NCBI GenBank assembly: GCA_964645535.1
Contig: CAZYCQ010000012.1
Coordinates: forward strand, 1 to 31,510
Direction: 5' to 3'
DNA from: an uncultured archaeon
GTDB taxonomy: Archaea > Asgardarchaeota > Heimdallarchaeia > Heimdallarchaeales > Kariarchaeaceae
DNA: 31,510 nucleotides
The position numbers were made by a program, and so were the translations under genes. This document shows positions 1-9,147 of the stretch, in pieces (within the stretch, counting starts at the first letter, position 1; each line of letters opens with the position of its first letter). The notes beneath the pieces are model-generated. The model searched no databases. It saw only the letters and a list, made by a program, of their open reading frames with translations, and was not told where the DNA came from.

Positions 1-76
1 GTATAGACCTATTCTCCATATAGTGGATTTGTTGATTTTTGCAGAGAATTGAATTGAGGTAAGGCTCTTGGATCAT
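1..76 (-). CDS. Possible 5' end of a divergent gene running off the window (MIQEPYLNSILCKNQQIHYMENRSI...)
   Basis: Minus-strand frame is open from ATG at 76 to the window edge, preceded by GAGGT. Only 25 codons are visible. Confidence 0.35.
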   Translation of the reverse strand, partial: MIQEPYLNSILCKNQQIHYMENRSI

Positions 77-129
77 CAAAACCTCGATTCAATTTTTTAT
101 GGATCTTTCACCCTGACATGTACATAGGG

Positions 130-136
130 TTAAATA
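130..136 (+). promoter_or_regulatory. Archaeal TATA box (TTAAATA)
   Basis: Lies 24 nt upstream of the GTG at 160, the spacing seen for many genes in this window. Confidence 0.55.
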
Positions 137-159
137 TCAACATCGGGATATAATAGATT

Positions 160-1083
160 GTGTCAAGCCGAAAAGCGGCAAATGAGAAACTAGTTTCTAC
201 GATCACCTTTTATATGGGTGCTCTGTTTTTTCTTTTCTCAGTCCTGTATTCCTCTTTTATCACTGCAAATATCATAATTGTTTCAACCTATATGCTCATT
301 ATTTCAGGCTTACTTCTGGTTTTTGCATTTGTTAACAACTATCGTATCATGTTACCCCTGTTGATTGGAATGGTTGCCTTTTCCAGCATTAACCTTGGTA
401 TTCTCCTTGCAGGAATTGCAGGACTGAATAGTGATGATCCCAAGGTAGTTGCAGGACTTTCCCGTATTGTTCTGGCAGTCTTCATCATTTGGAAACTCAC
501 TGCGGAAATGAGGCACTTGACCTTGGAAATTGATCCTTTTGCACCAAAAAGAGGTTTCTTGGGAAATTTATTTCATGGTATTCTTTTCCCCAGAAAGGAA
601 TTCTTTCGATTGGTAAAGGTTTTGCTGTTTGTGGTTGGTGGGTTCTATTTCGTGATGACTGGCTTGGTATTAATTCATGAAGCAAGTGTTGACTTAAATT
701 TCTTTCAGAAAACAGAAAGGATTTCCTTGAACATCTTGTTTTTAGGTATGCAGACTCCTATGATGATGGCTTCAAGGGCTTCCGTAAGTAGAACGTTTTC
801 AGAATACATAAAGAATCTTCAATGGCTTGATGATTCCATCTTACATGATGCTTCAGAGGAAGTTGTCCGTGCTTATAACGAAATTACCAATTCCTCGGAA
901 ATTTCGTTTGATTCAATCAATTCCAACGGAAAACACCTTTGGTTGAGTGTTGTCCTCATATTGGTATTACAGGCCTATGAAAACGTTATTCTCCAATGGG
1001 ATATTGTACAGGCCATCCAATCTATTGATTTCAATCAACTCATCATAGGTGTGTTGCAATTCATATTCAACTTGATCCCTTGA
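160..1083 (+). CDS. Hypothetical polytopic membrane protein
   Basis: 307-aa ORF with about 6-7 hydrophobic segments, an upstream TATA box and no recognisable motif. Confidence 0.75.
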   Translation: MSSRKAANEKLVSTITFYMGALFFLFSVLYSSFITANIIIVSTYMLIISGLLLVFAFVNNYRIMLPLLIGMVAFSSINLGILLAGIAGLNSDDPKVVAGLSRIVLAVFIIWKLTAEMRHLTLEIDPFAPKRGFLGNLFHGILFPRKEFFRLVKVLLFVVGGFYFVMTGLVLIHEASVDLNFFQKTERISLNILFLGMQTPMMMASRASVSRTFSEYIKNLQWLDDSILHDASEEVVRAYNEITNSSEISFDSINSNGKHLWLSVVLILVLQAYENVILQWDIVQAIQSIDFNQLIIGVLQFIFNLIP

Positions 1084-1135
1084 TGAATGTTGAACAAAAA
1101 ATAGGAAAAATGCACGAAACACTAAAATAGTCTAA

Positions 1136-2077
1136 GTGATATCAAAAACAGTGGTTAACCTATCGGATAGGAAACATGTCCTTCGTGTAGAGAAGGCTAT
1201 CGGCAATCCCATCAAAAAAATCTCAGAAAAAACAAAGCTTGGTTATCTTGATGATGGGGAAAACGTAATTGAACTTCGTCTTCCTCGAATGGGCATTGAA
1301 GAATTCCCAATGGATATCTGTAACCTTCCGCATTTGAGAGTTCTAGACTTGAACTTCAACAAGATCGGTCAAATTCCAAATGAAATAGGGAAACTTAGGA
1401 ATTTGGAAGAATTGTATATCGGTCAATCCATGATGGATAAGGATTCACCAAAGATAGAATCAATCCCAGAGGGAATGACGAACTTAAGCAATCTTAGAGT
1501 TCTTGATTTAACTGGTCATTCTCTTGAAAAATTACCAAAATGGGTTTCAAATTTCATGAACTTGGAAAGGCTTTTTCTTGGAGGAAATGGATTGAAAGAT
1601 TTGCCTTCAGAAATAGGCAAGTTAACCCGATTGGAGGAACTCCAACTTTGGTCCAATCAGCTCAAGAAATTGCCAAAAACGATGAAAAACCTTTCAACAC
1701 TCAAAGTTCTTTTGCTGAGTAAAAATAATCTTAAGGAAATGCCTAAATGGATGGGAGAACTCTCCTTCTTGGAAAGGGTTGACTTTGAGGAAAACGAATT
1801 GAAAAAAATCCCCAAGGAAATCGAAAACCTTACCAATCTTGTAGAATTAAATCTTGCATCCAACTTTCTGGAGAAATTGCCTGATACATTCTGCAACCTG
1901 AAAAAGGTTGAGCAATTGGATCTGAGTGGCAATCATTTCAAAGAACCCTTGACGCACCAATGCATTGAGACATTGGAGTCCTTGAAATGGATAAATATTG
2001 AAACCCAGTTTCTTTCGACTGATGCAATGGCCTTACTCATTGATCGTGAAGTGACCATTGAGGGGTTCAATAGTTAA
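1136..2077 (+). CDS. Leucine-rich repeat protein
   Basis: About 9-10 repeats of LxxLxLxxNxLxxLPxxIxxL (e.g. LEELQLWSNQLKKLPKTMKNL) with N- and C-caps. Confidence 0.93.
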   Translation: MISKTVVNLSDRKHVLRVEKAIGNPIKKISEKTKLGYLDDGENVIELRLPRMGIEEFPMDICNLPHLRVLDLNFNKIGQIPNEIGKLRNLEELYIGQSMMDKDSPKIESIPEGMTNLSNLRVLDLTGHSLEKLPKWVSNFMNLERLFLGGNGLKDLPSEIGKLTRLEELQLWSNQLKKLPKTMKNLSTLKVLLLSKNNLKEMPKWMGELSFLERVDFEENELKKIPKEIENLTNLVELNLASNFLEKLPDTFCNLKKVEQLDLSGNHFKEPLTHQCIETLESLKWINIETQFLSTDAMALLIDREVTIEGFNS

Positions 2078-2160
2078 TTGCACGAGAGATACTTCGTAAA
2101 AAAGCGTGATAACTTCTAAGTTAAACAACCATTATATTTGGAAGAATGGTACTGATCTCA

Positions 2161-3192
2161 ATGGCTGTTGAGCGGATCATAGTAATTACAGGTTCCAAAG
2201 GTGGTGGTGGAAAAACTCCGGTGGCAATTTCAGTTGCACTTTCTCTCGAAAAATTAAAAATTCCAGTCATGCTCAGTGATTTCAATTTCAATAATGCTGA
2301 TAGTTTCTCCATTCTTCATGGTACCAATGTTGCGGAAAGAAAAAAGAAACGCTGGCTGAACGAGATGGAAAAAGATGATGAAAGTATTTGGAGAATTAGC
2401 GAATACCTTTGGCTATCAAAATGGAAAAGTGTTGCAAATCTTGGTCTTCCAAGCACAGTAGAATTTTGGGAAAAGGTCCGCAAACTTGCATCAATGGATC
2501 TAGGGGAAAAATCGCCAAAAGTCATGATTTTAGACACCAATCTGACGCTTCCGCTCATTTGTTTGCCAGAAACGAAGGTTCATGAATTCCAGAATCTCCC
2601 AACTGTTGAAGCATGGCACCTGTGGTCCCCTTCAATAGTCCTTCAACTTGGAGAACAGGAGCGGTTTATCAGAGCAATAACTAATCTGAATCGTTTCAGT
2701 CAAGGTTTTGAAGAACGAATGGTTCATATTTTCACCCCGAGGCATTACACTGCCATCTCCATCAGGAACACAATGAGTACCCTCCTTAAAGGAGAATTCT
2801 CTTTGACAAAAACCGTGAAGTTCAAACAGTCCAATCCCAAACCAATCAAGTTCAACGAGCTCAAGGATGCCCTCTTTGCCAATTTTCTTCCCAATATCCT
2901 CAATTTTTCGGCAAATAACAATACCACAATTGAAGAGCTCTTGGTTGACTGGCTGAAAAAGATCATCGAAAAAGTAGAATCAAGGGAATACAGAACCAAC
3001 AATTTGATAATTGTCCCAACCGTTGTTAACAGCATTGCCCTCCTTGTAGAGGAGTTAACCCTCAAACCCCGGAAGACGTTAAAAACCATTGCCGAAGATC
3101 TTGGAACCCTGTTCGAGGTTATTCAGCAGTTTATCACTTCAAACAAGGAGGATCTTGTGGTTTACAGTGAACAGCCTACCCTTTTTCAATGA
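2161..3192 (+). CDS. Divergent MinD/ParA-like (SIMIBI) P-loop ATPase
   Basis: Deviant Walker A GSKGGGGKT, A' strand VMLSDFN, Walker B VMILDT. ATG 2161 is preferred over 2146 because TTATAT at 2132-2137 lies 24 nt upstream. Confidence 0.75.
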   Translation: MAVERIIVITGSKGGGGKTPVAISVALSLEKLKIPVMLSDFNFNNADSFSILHGTNVAERKKKRWLNEMEKDDESIWRISEYLWLSKWKSVANLGLPSTVEFWEKVRKLASMDLGEKSPKVMILDTNLTLPLICLPETKVHEFQNLPTVEAWHLWSPSIVLQLGEQERFIRAITNLNRFSQGFEERMVHIFTPRHYTAISIRNTMSTLLKGEFSLTKTVKFKQSNPKPIKFNELKDALFANFLPNILNFSANNNTTIEELLVDWLKKIIEKVESREYRTNNLIIVPTVVNSIALLVEELTLKPRKTLKTIAEDLGTLFEVIQQFITSNKEDLVVYSEQPTLFQ

Positions 3193-3216
3193 CAAATAAA
3201 TTCAATGACAAGTAAA
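3185..3216 (+). repeat. 16-bp tandem direct repeat (TTCAATGACAA[A/G]TAAA x2)
   Basis: 3185-3200 and 3201-3216 differ at one base. The repeat abuts TTTTAA at 3218-3223. Confidence 0.8.
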
Positions 3217-3246
3217 CTTTTAATTGAGAATTAAGCATTAGATCAT

Positions 3247-5118
3247 GTGGTGCTGCGTTTTTTTCTGTACAGGACACGACTAGTAGTTGCATCCATTTTT
3301 TTAATCTCCTTTGTTTGGGGATGGATTTCACAAACTTATTCCTTCATCTCCGATGCCACTTATCTTATCCTACTGAATTTTTGGTTAGTAGTAATCACAG
3401 CCTCTTTTAATTACCTGCTACGGACTTTTGTCAAGGGTAACAACTTTGAACGTTATGGAACCATTGTAATCCTTATTTTCATCTTAGCAATCACCTTCAC
3501 CCTTAATCCAGCTCTAAAATTTTTGTCCAAAAAATACCCATTTCCTTTTTCTGCGATTGGCATGATTTCCTTGCTAAATGTTCTTTATCTTTCCTTTCAA
3601 CTATATCGCCCTGTGGACATATGGCCAAGGAATGCAATACGGTTTCTGAAGAAGCCTAAATACAAATTCACAGAACAACATTTGCAGATATTTCTAATCG
3701 GGGCAGGTTATCTGTTTTTCGAGGGATTGATCGTACTCTCCCCATATCAGGGTTTCATTATTTCATGGCTAGTCTTAATAATAATTCATCTTACTGCCCT
3801 CTATTTTCTTAGGCAAATTTATTGGATACCGACTGCACCAATTGGTGTTTGGAAGGATGCAGAAAGCCGTTACACCAAAACTAACGATTTCATGCTTTCT
3901 TCTGATAGATTGTTGGGTTATTCCATCGGTAGAATAAATTACGAGATTGATCGGGATTTAAACTTAGAACAGACCAAATCATCTCTAAATCAATTAATGC
4001 AATTTGCGACCCACGATATGATCCATCCAGAAGTATTTTGGAGGGAACTTGACAGACTCAATGGTATCCTAATCTCAGACCCCTTTTCCATGGATAATCT
4101 TGCTTTTGCAAAAATTCTGATAAATTCCGCAAGAAGATGGGGCTTTCAAGGAACTCCCGCCAAAAAATACATATTGCTTGTTTTACCTCCTCTTCTGAAA
4201 CGCTACCGCATTTTCGCTCTTCTTCCCAAATATCTTCAGGATACTGTTTATGAAATGTTTGAACTTTTTCACCTTTTGGGGATCGGAAATGAGCTTTGGG
4301 AATCCATCATCGACTATGAGATCACTACTCGAAGATATGCAAAAATGAAGCTTCCCATTCTTTCTGGAGCGCCTGTACGTCAAAGTTGGAGATTTGAATG
4401 GAACTACAGACTATTCTTCGGTGAAGAGGGCAAAAAACTTGTAGAACAGGATCTTGAGAAATTCAGGCAAATTTCCGCTAAAAGAAACTATATGTCTGAC
4501 AATTTGACAGAAAGAAATTCTTGGGAAAAAGATCTTGAAATCGCAGCGATCCACCTGTTCTCGACCTTCTTTGGGCAAAATAGCAGAATGCCTTGGGGAG
4601 GCTCTGTACGATATCCATATGAGGAATATGATTGGGTTAGACGGGGATATCTTCTTGATGATTTTTCCGAAGAGGCATATAGGAGTATCCTCCCCCCTGT
4701 TCGCACAAAAACTGGTCAACAAAAGGAAAAAACTGCAAAGGTTCCGAAAGCCTATCAGAAACATTACATTGAGGCCTATCTAAATGAGGGAAAGGTTCTA
4801 CAACTACCTGAAAAAAGCAATCGAAAACAGCCTCGGAATTGGGAAGTAAAAAAATTGTTTGCAGTTTTCCTCTTCTTTGTCTTTGCATTGACAGTGAATT
4901 TGGGATTGCATCATCCTGCGGTTGCAGCTACATTCGGTGTCCTTGGGATCTCTATGCTGATTTTCTCAATAGAAGATATTCAAGTCAGGAAAATTCTTGA
5001 GAATACAATTCCGATCACCAATGAATTTGAACTCCAACCGAAAACTTTCGAAATAAATCTATTTCTTTTTTCAATCGGTCTTCTTTGGAGCATTATTGGT
5101 GCTGCTTTCCTTATCTGA
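3247..5118 (+). CDS. Hypothetical membrane protein (N-terminal TM bundle, large soluble middle domain, C-terminal TMs)
   Basis: 623-aa ORF with about 6 N-terminal and 3 C-terminal hydrophobic helices. TATA-like TTTTAA lies 24 nt upstream. Confidence 0.8.
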   Translation: MVLRFFLYRTRLVVASIFLISFVWGWISQTYSFISDATYLILLNFWLVVITASFNYLLRTFVKGNNFERYGTIVILIFILAITFTLNPALKFLSKKYPFPFSAIGMISLLNVLYLSFQLYRPVDIWPRNAIRFLKKPKYKFTEQHLQIFLIGAGYLFFEGLIVLSPYQGFIISWLVLIIIHLTALYFLRQIYWIPTAPIGVWKDAESRYTKTNDFMLSSDRLLGYSIGRINYEIDRDLNLEQTKSSLNQLMQFATHDMIHPEVFWRELDRLNGILISDPFSMDNLAFAKILINSARRWGFQGTPAKKYILLVLPPLLKRYRIFALLPKYLQDTVYEMFELFHLLGIGNELWESIIDYEITTRRYAKMKLPILSGAPVRQSWRFEWNYRLFFGEEGKKLVEQDLEKFRQISAKRNYMSDNLTERNSWEKDLEIAAIHLFSTFFGQNSRMPWGGSVRYPYEEYDWVRRGYLLDDFSEEAYRSILPPVRTKTGQQKEKTAKVPKAYQKHYIEAYLNEGKVLQLPEKSNRKQPRNWEVKKLFAVFLFFVFALTVNLGLHHPAVAATFGVLGISMLIFSIEDIQVRKILENTIPITNEFELQPKTFEINLFLFSIGLLWSIIGAAFLI

Positions 5119-5129
5119 ATGTAAATAAG

Positions 5130-5136
5130 TATATAA
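5130..5136 (+). promoter_or_regulatory. TATA box (TATATAA)
   Basis: Lies 24 nt upstream of GTG 5160, which begins a signal peptide. Confidence 0.6.
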
Positions 5137-5159
5137 GTCGGAAAGTTTTCACGAATTCA

Positions 5160-6578
5160 GTGAACAGATTTCCTCTTTTTATTCTTCCTCTAGTCTTGAT
5201 CATTGCTCTTCCTTCTCAAGCACAGACGGATTGGACTCCCATGACTCCGATCAACACAAGAGAAGGGATTACCTTCAGTCATCCTGCATTTCTTCCATAT
5301 ACATTCCAGTCCCGTCCAGATCTGTTTATGGGATCTGAAGATGGTACCATCTATCATCAACCTATTATCAAAGCAAATAGAACTGTAGTTGAATTTGGAG
5401 GATTCGAGGCGGGACTCATTACTGCTCTTTTCCCACGGGGCGCACCATTTGCGTATGATATGAATAAGGATGGATTGGATGACCTAATCATCGGTGATCA
5501 ACAAGGCAAGGTTCATCTTCTTCTTCAGACTCCTTCAGGAAGTTTCATTCTGAATGATTCTTTCGTTAAAGGAATACAGGTTTCACAATTCGCAAAACCA
5601 ACCGCTGGAGATATTGATGGGGATGGAAAAGATGAAATAATCGTTGGTGAAGGGAATGGATCCCTTGTTGTCTTTTTCAATAGAGGGACATTAGCCTCCC
5701 CCTCATGGGAAATTGATCGGTCGTTATTTAATTTCCCTTTAGGAGAACATCCCGCACCTTTTGCGTTCAAGCCTACCTCTGACAGTCAGATTTCTGACTT
5801 GGTAATTGGAACGGAAAGATTTGGCATAATCTATGTGAAAAACCTTTCAAAAGATGGAAAAACAGCATTTGAAGTAATCCAATTCACGAATGGAGGTAAT
5901 CCTTTCCGAGAGATTGATTTTGGATCCAACACCTTTCTCACACCTTCTTTAGTTGACTTGGATGGAGATTCAAATCTAGATCTTGTGGTGGGTACAAAGG
6001 ATGGTCATCTTGAGGTATTCCGGAATTCTGGCATTGATTTTCTCACTGTCCAACGAGAGGCAGGGTTGAATCAGACAATCATAATTACCTTGGTGCTACT
6101 TCTATTTGCTGTTTCCGGAGTTGCCATTGTCTTCTACCTTAAAGGACGTCCCCAATCAGGACAGCCTATTTATCTGATGTTGGTTCATTCTTCGGGTGTC
6201 ACTCCTTTCTCCTATTCTTTCAGCAGGACGGAAGTTGAAGATGATGCTCTTGCAGGTGGGGCGTTTGCAGGCGTTTCCACAATCATTTCTGAAATCACTT
6301 CGGGATCATTGGAATCCTTGGATCTTGGAGACCGAAAAATCCTTGTCAGTCGGGTTCCATTTTTAAAAGATCCGAATTCAGAACTTCTTGTTCTCCTTTG
6401 GGCAACCAATGATGATCCCCACTTAAGAAAGCTCACAGAAGATCTTGCACATTATGTTGCCTCCAACTTTGAAGATATCTTCACATTGGGTGAAATAACT
6501 GATGAATTCACCTATAAAACTGAAGCACGAATTGAAACCCTCTTCCAAAAATACCTTGAAACAGAAAACAATAAATAG
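5160..6578 (+). CDS. FG-GAP/VCBS-repeat single-pass membrane protein with C-terminal longin/roadblock-like domain
   Basis: Signal peptide MNRFPLFILPLVLIIALPSQA. Repeats DMNKDGLDDLIIG, DIDGDGKDEIIVG and DLDGDSNLDLVVG. TM IIITLVLLLFAVSGVAIVFYL. Tail begins IYLMLVHSSGVTPFSYSF. Start moved from 5085 to GTG 5160. Confidence 0.8.
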   Translation: MNRFPLFILPLVLIIALPSQAQTDWTPMTPINTREGITFSHPAFLPYTFQSRPDLFMGSEDGTIYHQPIIKANRTVVEFGGFEAGLITALFPRGAPFAYDMNKDGLDDLIIGDQQGKVHLLLQTPSGSFILNDSFVKGIQVSQFAKPTAGDIDGDGKDEIIVGEGNGSLVVFFNRGTLASPSWEIDRSLFNFPLGEHPAPFAFKPTSDSQISDLVIGTERFGIIYVKNLSKDGKTAFEVIQFTNGGNPFREIDFGSNTFLTPSLVDLDGDSNLDLVVGTKDGHLEVFRNSGIDFLTVQREAGLNQTIIITLVLLLFAVSGVAIVFYLKGRPQSGQPIYLMLVHSSGVTPFSYSFSRTEVEDDALAGGAFAGVSTIISEITSGSLESLDLGDRKILVSRVPFLKDPNSELLVLLWATNDDPHLRKLTEDLAHYVASNFEDIFTLGEITDEFTYKTEARIETLFQKYLETENNK

Positions 6579-6603
6579 GTTCTGATGGCAAGTCATTTGA
6601 AAT

Positions 6604-7554
6604 ATGAAATGGCTTTTCCCTCTTCTCCTGGTCAGCATTTGTTTTGTACCTCAAGGTTCTGCCCAACAGACTGTCGATATTGTCGTCTCCTTTGATCCGG
6701 CTTCAATCAATTCAACAAGGATATTGGTTTCAGGTATCACAGAAAATCTCATTCTTTCAGTAGGGGATATGGAGATTCAGGTGACCAATGGGGTTGCTGA
6801 TTTTGAAACGAATGTTTTCAATCTTGGTGAGACCATGAGTCTTACATTTAATGAGGAAACATTTTCATGGTCAATTCCAAGTTCTGAATTTATTCATGTT
6901 CAGCATGTTTATTCAAGATGGGTTGGTGGTCAACCCCCTCCAATTGACAATGTTGGTCTCGGTCAAGGAGCCGTTCTCACATTGAACAAGTTGACTGCAA
7001 ATACTGAAATGAATGCGTCAAGACTTGGTGAAAAAGTTGTCAACACACTTTTGGGCAGTGAAACTGATCTGAATGATGATGGAGCAATAGAAACCCCAAT
7101 TGATCCCTTTGGTCTTCTTCAATTTATTTTCGGAATGAGGGATCATCTTGAACTTGCAGGGGTTACTCCAGATGTGGATCCGGATTTTGCACAAAATGTC
7201 AGTGCTGTTCTTCCTCTATTTGACCAATTGGTAGACAAACCAACCTACTCAGAGTTTCTTCCAAATCTGAATACCTCTGAAACACTTATGGGGAAACTAT
7301 ACCAGGTTGCTTTCGGACTGGCAACACATTCCGGAACGCAAACCATTGAGACCCTCAATTCATTGCTCGAGGATTCCTTTCAATTGACCAATTCAATTTT
7401 TCTGCAACCTAGAGAACACACATTTGGAAATACTGTTACTGTTTCTATCCAAGATGATGGAAATTCTGCTACAAGCACTGAAAATACCACGGCTTTTCCA
7501 TTTCTTCTATTTATTCCTCTTCTCTTACTTATTCGTAGACAGAATAGAAACTGA
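6604..7554 (+). CDS. Cell-surface protein with signal peptide and C-terminal sorting/anchor motif
   Basis: N-terminal MKWLFPLLLVSICFVPQGSA. S/T-rich linker, then AFPFLLFIPLLLLIRRQNRN (PGF-CTERM-like layout). Internal DLNDDG matches Dx[DN]xDG. Confidence 0.78.
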   Translation: MKWLFPLLLVSICFVPQGSAQQTVDIVVSFDPASINSTRILVSGITENLILSVGDMEIQVTNGVADFETNVFNLGETMSLTFNEETFSWSIPSSEFIHVQHVYSRWVGGQPPPIDNVGLGQGAVLTLNKLTANTEMNASRLGEKVVNTLLGSETDLNDDGAIETPIDPFGLLQFIFGMRDHLELAGVTPDVDPDFAQNVSAVLPLFDQLVDKPTYSEFLPNLNTSETLMGKLYQVAFGLATHSGTQTIETLNSLLEDSFQLTNSIFLQPREHTFGNTVTVSIQDDGNSATSTENTTAFPFLLFIPLLLLIRRQNRN

Positions 7555-7561
7555 AGGACAA

Positions 7562-8371
7562 ATGTTATTAGGAATTCGGCGATTGGGGATTTGGATGCCT
7601 TCGTCCTATGCTGTAGAGTTTGTTAATCTTATCTTCAGAATTTTAGGTCATCAAATCCCCCCAAATGGTTTGGTCACTTTTACAATTCTAGAGGCCTTTG
7701 ATCTAAAGGCTGCGGATGAAATCCCGGAAGAAGGGGAAGCGAAGGCAATCGAAGAAGTGTTGATTGAACAGCTATCAAAGATAAAAGAAATTACTTGGCA
7801 CCTGACAGTAGACGGATTTGGCACATTCAAGACATTTTTTCTTTCGGACAAGGCTCTGATGGACAAGAAGAATAGAGTGGTTGATTTCACTGCAATCAAA
7901 ATAATGGGTCTTCCCATTGAGGCTGTTCCCCTCTTGGAAAAAAAATTAGCAGATGCGTTTAATCGCCCATTCCATAAACTGATTGGCTTCGATATTGAAA
8001 CCGAACTTAATCAGGTGCGCATTGTTTATTCCAGCAATCAATTGGCGCATCTTTTCAATATGCTTCATCAGCAGGGGATGGCACTCAATCGTATTGATGC
8101 AGGGAACACACTGACCCTTTCGGCTCAGGTCATCCATCAAGGAAATACAAAAAAAAGGAATCTTCTCCTCCAAAAAACCGAAAAAGGAGCAAAGCTCTAT
8201 TTAATGCTTGATTCCTCATTGGCAGAACCTATGTTGGACATAATTACAGAGAAAGGAGATTATATGAAAAAGACAACGGAATTCGTCAAAAAAACAATTT
8301 CTCGGTTTCTTTCGGCAACTCTGGCCGACTTGGAAAAGAACGGGTATGAAGTCCCTGCAATTGACTTATGA
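7562..8371 (+). CDS. Hypothetical cytoplasmic protein
   Basis: ATG 7562 follows GAAGGA, 7 nt after the upstream stop. The ORF-track start at 7424 overlaps the previous gene and is rejected. Confidence 0.72.
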   Translation: MLLGIRRLGIWMPSSYAVEFVNLIFRILGHQIPPNGLVTFTILEAFDLKAADEIPEEGEAKAIEEVLIEQLSKIKEITWHLTVDGFGTFKTFFLSDKALMDKKNRVVDFTAIKIMGLPIEAVPLLEKKLADAFNRPFHKLIGFDIETELNQVRIVYSSNQLAHLFNMLHQQGMALNRIDAGNTLTLSAQVIHQGNTKKRNLLLQKTEKGAKLYLMLDSSLAEPMLDIITEKGDYMKKTTEFVKKTISRFLSATLADLEKNGYEVPAIDL

Positions 8372-8478
8372 TTGGTATAGATCCCAATAGCTCCCTACAC
8401 TGAATGGGATAGTCGGCCATCCGTCATTTCTCCAACCAACTCAAAGAAACAATCAAGTTACACAATAGCCATACATCA

Positions 8479-9147
8479 TCAAAATAAACTGGATGCAAAC
8501 AAATAAATGCCTGTAAAGATTAAGGAGATTGCAACAATTTTTTTGAATGTGGTATAACGCTGTCTGATCCGCACCAATTGAGAAGACGACTGAATAAAGG
8601 AAATAACGAAAAAAGGCACACTTGCACCAAAAGAGAAAGCAAGTAAGTTTAACATCTGTCCAATGAAAGTCAGGGTCAAAATGGAAACCCACATGGTAAG
8701 AAAATATCCCATTGCACAAGGGGCTGCAATAATCGTGTAAAATACACCCAAAACAAACGCAAATAGGTAATTGCTTTTAGTATCTCCCGAATAGAGCATT
8801 TCTTCTACTTTTGAGGGGATACTCATCGATAAGCCAATCGATTTCTCTGCTAACATGAGAATCCCTATGATCAATAAAATTAGGGCTTGTATTCTTGCAA
8901 ATATAACATAATTGGCAATAAGGAACTTTTTCAGTGTAGAAGTCGTAATTAATGTAAAGAGTGTAAGAACAGCGACCAAACCCAAAATCAATGCAAATAC
9001 CATGCCAATAGACTCAAAAAACTTCATTTTTCTGGTCTGCGAGACCTGAATTGTCAAAAATGTAGGAAGTAACGGAAACAAGCATGGACTGAACGAAGAA
9101 AGAAGACCCAATGAAAAATTTAAAGATAAAAGAAGAAGATTGGTCAT
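8479..9147 (-). CDS. ccdA: CcdA/DsbD-type transmembrane disulfide reductase
   Basis: Six TM helices with the paired motifs SPCLFPLLP and AAPCA. ATGA overlap with the upstream thioredoxin gene. Confidence 0.88.
   Translation of the reverse strand: MTNLLLLSLNFSLGLLSSFSPCLFPLLPTFLTIQVSQTRKMKFFESIGMVFALILGLVAVLTLFTLITTSTLKKFLIANYVIFARIQALILLIIGILMLAEKSIGLSMSIPSKVEEMLYSGDTKSNYLFAFVLGVFYTIIAAPCAMGYFLTMWVSILTLTFIGQMLNLLAFSFGASVPFFVISFIQSSSQLVRIRQRYTTFKKIVAISLIFTGIYLFASSLF

Noticed and set aside
2161-3216. ParABS partition system
   Set aside because: No ParB/SegB-like gene is adjacent, and two repeat copies are insufficient evidence for a centromere.
5085-5159. N-terminal extension of the FG-GAP ORF
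   Set aside because: Overlaps the upstream gene and its own TATA box. The signal peptide starts at GTG 5160.
7424-7561. Hydrophobic N-terminal extension of the 315-aa ORF
   Set aside because: Overlaps the previous gene's anchor-coding region. The SD-led ATG is at 7562.
8372-8481. Possible C/D-box sRNA or hairpin between convergent genes
   Set aside because: Only partial box motifs and a 6-bp stem (ATCCCA/TGGGAT). No consistent C-D'-C'-D layout.
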